Shown in pieces: positions 61,928 to 64,000 of a stretch of DNA of 64,000 nt. The stretch lies in assembly GCF_009914755.1 (NCBI RefSeq), contig NC_060939.1; one strand, given 5' to 3'. The position numbers were made by a program, and so were the translations under genes. Source of the stretch: the human T2T-CHM13v2.0 reference genome, Homo sapiens. The notes below the pieces were generated by a model. The model saw only the letters and a program-made list of their open reading frames with translations. It searched no databases and was not told where the DNA came from. Positions within the stretch are counted from its first letter, which is position 1. Each line of letters begins with the position of its first letter.

Positions 61928-62237
61928 TTCTTCTTCTTTTTTTTTTTTTTTTTTTGAGTCGAGGTCTCACTCTTTGCCCAGTCTGGAGTGCAGTGGTGCA
62001 ATCATGGCTCACTGCAGCCTCAACCCCCCTGGGCTCAAGAGATCCTCCTACCTCAGCCTCCCAAGTAGCGGGAACTACAGACTCACACCACCATGCCTGG
62101 CCGATTTTTGTATTTTTTGTAGAGACAGGGTTTCACCATATTGGCCAGGCTGGCCTCGAACTCCTGGACTATAGTAATCTGCCTACCTTGACCTCCCAAA
62201 GTGCTAGGATTACAGGTGTGAGCCATCGCACCCAGCC
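61897..62237 (-). mobile_element. AluJ, antisense, with (TTTC)n/(TTC)n tail
   Basis: J-type body; degenerate TSD ttgct(a/t)cttt. Confidence 0.93.
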
Positions 62238-62708
62238 TTGCTTCTTTTCAATAACAATTTTCAGACAGTCTAGCATTATTCCAGGTGAATTTTTGAAACC
62301 ATTTTGTCATATGTAAGGAAAAAAAAAATCCTATGGGTGTTTGCACGCAATTATGTTAAATTCATTCAATAAACATGTACTGAGTCCTTACTGTGTGCCG
62401 GGTGGAATTCTGGGTACTGGGAATACTCAGAAAAGGGCACACCAGCCCTGATGGCATTTACAAAATTCTACCGGGGAAACTGGAGACGAAAGAACAAAAA
62501 GGTAATTTCAGATGATGAGACATGCTATAAAAAATAAAACAGGGGAAGAGGAGAATGAGTGCTGGCTGGAAGAGCAGGCTGCTATTTGAGTTAGGTTGTC
62601 AATGTCTTAAGGAATGTGATCCTTGAATTCCAACCTGATTCATGCCCAGAGTGTATTAGATCTATAAATTCATTTGGGAGGAGTAGACATGGTTAAAATG
62701 TTCAGTCT

Positions 62709-63004
62709 GGCCAGGCTCAGTGGCTTACACCTGTAATCCCAGCACTTTGGGAGGCCGAGCCGAACGGCCTACTTGAGGTCAGGAGTTTGAGAACAACCTG
62801 GCCAACAGGTGAAACCCCATCTGTACTAAAAATACAAAAATTTAGCTGGGCATGGTGGGAGGTGCCCATAGTCCCAGCTACTCAGGAGGTTGAGGCATGA
62901 GAATCACTTGAACCCAGGAGGCAAGGTTGCAGTGAGCCAAGATCACACCACTGCACTCTAGCCTGGATGACAGAGCAAGACTCCATCTCAAAACAGCAAC
63001 AAAA
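62709..63004 (+). mobile_element. AluS, sense
   Basis: Full body; TSD ttcagtct. Confidence 0.93.
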
Positions 63005-64000
63005 CCATTCAGTCTAAGAACATAGCATTTATTACCGTTTATTCAAATAGCTTACATCTGCCAGTGAAGTTTTGTTATTTTCCATATAAATTCTCTGCAT
63101 TCCTTGTAAAGATTCATCATAGGTATTTAATTGCATTTTGCTGTGGTATGATGATGATGACAAAGAATGGAATCTGTTCCTTTTTATCTCTAAAATTCTT
63201 ATCAATATACAGAAAAGTTATGGGTTTTTTTATATTTACCTCTATCTGGTAATTTCGTTGCGCTTTTATAAATTCTGAGTAATTTGAGTTGATTCTCATC
63301 GTTTTCTAGTGATATAATCATACCATATAGAAATAATTATAATATTGCCTCCTCCTTTCCAATAGTAATTACTCTGAATAGCAGACATCCTTAACCTATC
63401 TCTGATTTTAATGTGAATGCTCCTAATTTTTACTAGCAAGGAAAATGGATGTATGCTCAATAAATATTTTAATTGAATATATGATTACATGCTCATCATT
63501 GGGGTAAGAAAGTCTATTTCTAATCTTGTAATCTTTTTTTTTTTTTACCAGGATGAGTTTTAAATGACATTTTGGCACCTACTTACGTTATTTTTTCTTT
63601 AAAGTTTTCTATATTATCCTTGAATTCCTGGATTATACCCTGTTTCATCTTGCTGAATGGTTTTTTTAATGTTCTGTTGAATTCAATTTGCTAGGACCTT
63701 ATTTGGGATTTTTAAAATCTGTATTCCGAAGTGAGATTGGCCTATTGTTTTCATTTTGTGCTACCTCTCTGAGGTGGAGGTTAGGTTAGTGTTCCAATTT
63801 TTATGTGCTCTGGAAAAGCTTATATAATAATCTGTTCCTTCAGATTTTTATAAAAACTCACCAATAAAAAACATCTGGCACTAGAATATTTTTGGAAGAA
63901 ATTACTGCTAACTTGTAACAATTCTTCTATGGCTGTGAGTCTACTATGTTTTCTTGTTCATCTTAAATCAAGCTGGTAATTTTTTAATGTATCTTTTTCA

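Larger units (their letters stand above)
61318..63960 (-). mobile_element. Old L1ME-type fragments, interrupted by two Alus and an L2 piece
   Basis: acagcttgatgaattttcacaaagtgaacac, tatataaatggaataatacag and ORF2-like antisense motifs. Confidence 0.6.

Overview
Human (or very close primate) genomic DNA lying inside the THSD4 (ADAMTSL6) gene on the + strand. The only supported coding sequence is one 205-nt internal exon (39574-39778) with canonical AG/GT sites, encoding [27 protein letters not shown]...EMYKSNNYL, the end of the ADAMTS cysteine-rich region and start of the spacer. The rest is intron, dense in retro- and DNA-transposon remnants: 19 Alus (13 antisense, 6 sense), L1PA/L1M fragments, solo LTRs (MER48-, THE1-, LTR16- and MLT1-like), MER5/MER20/MER58, MIR and L2. 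Almost all other listed ORFs are repeat-derived or chance. I see no new biological system. The most unusual items are a tail-less AluY right arm fused directly to a 3.3-kb L1 (candidate template-switch chimera), a ~315-bp local duplication 3110 bp apart with a third partial copy that starts at a splice donor, an intact sense MER48-like LTR upstream of the exon, a probable MER121-like ancient conserved element, and inverted Alu pairs, including one pair flanking the exon. Repeat subfamily names are from memory of consensus sequences and need RepeatMasker/Dfam confirmation.
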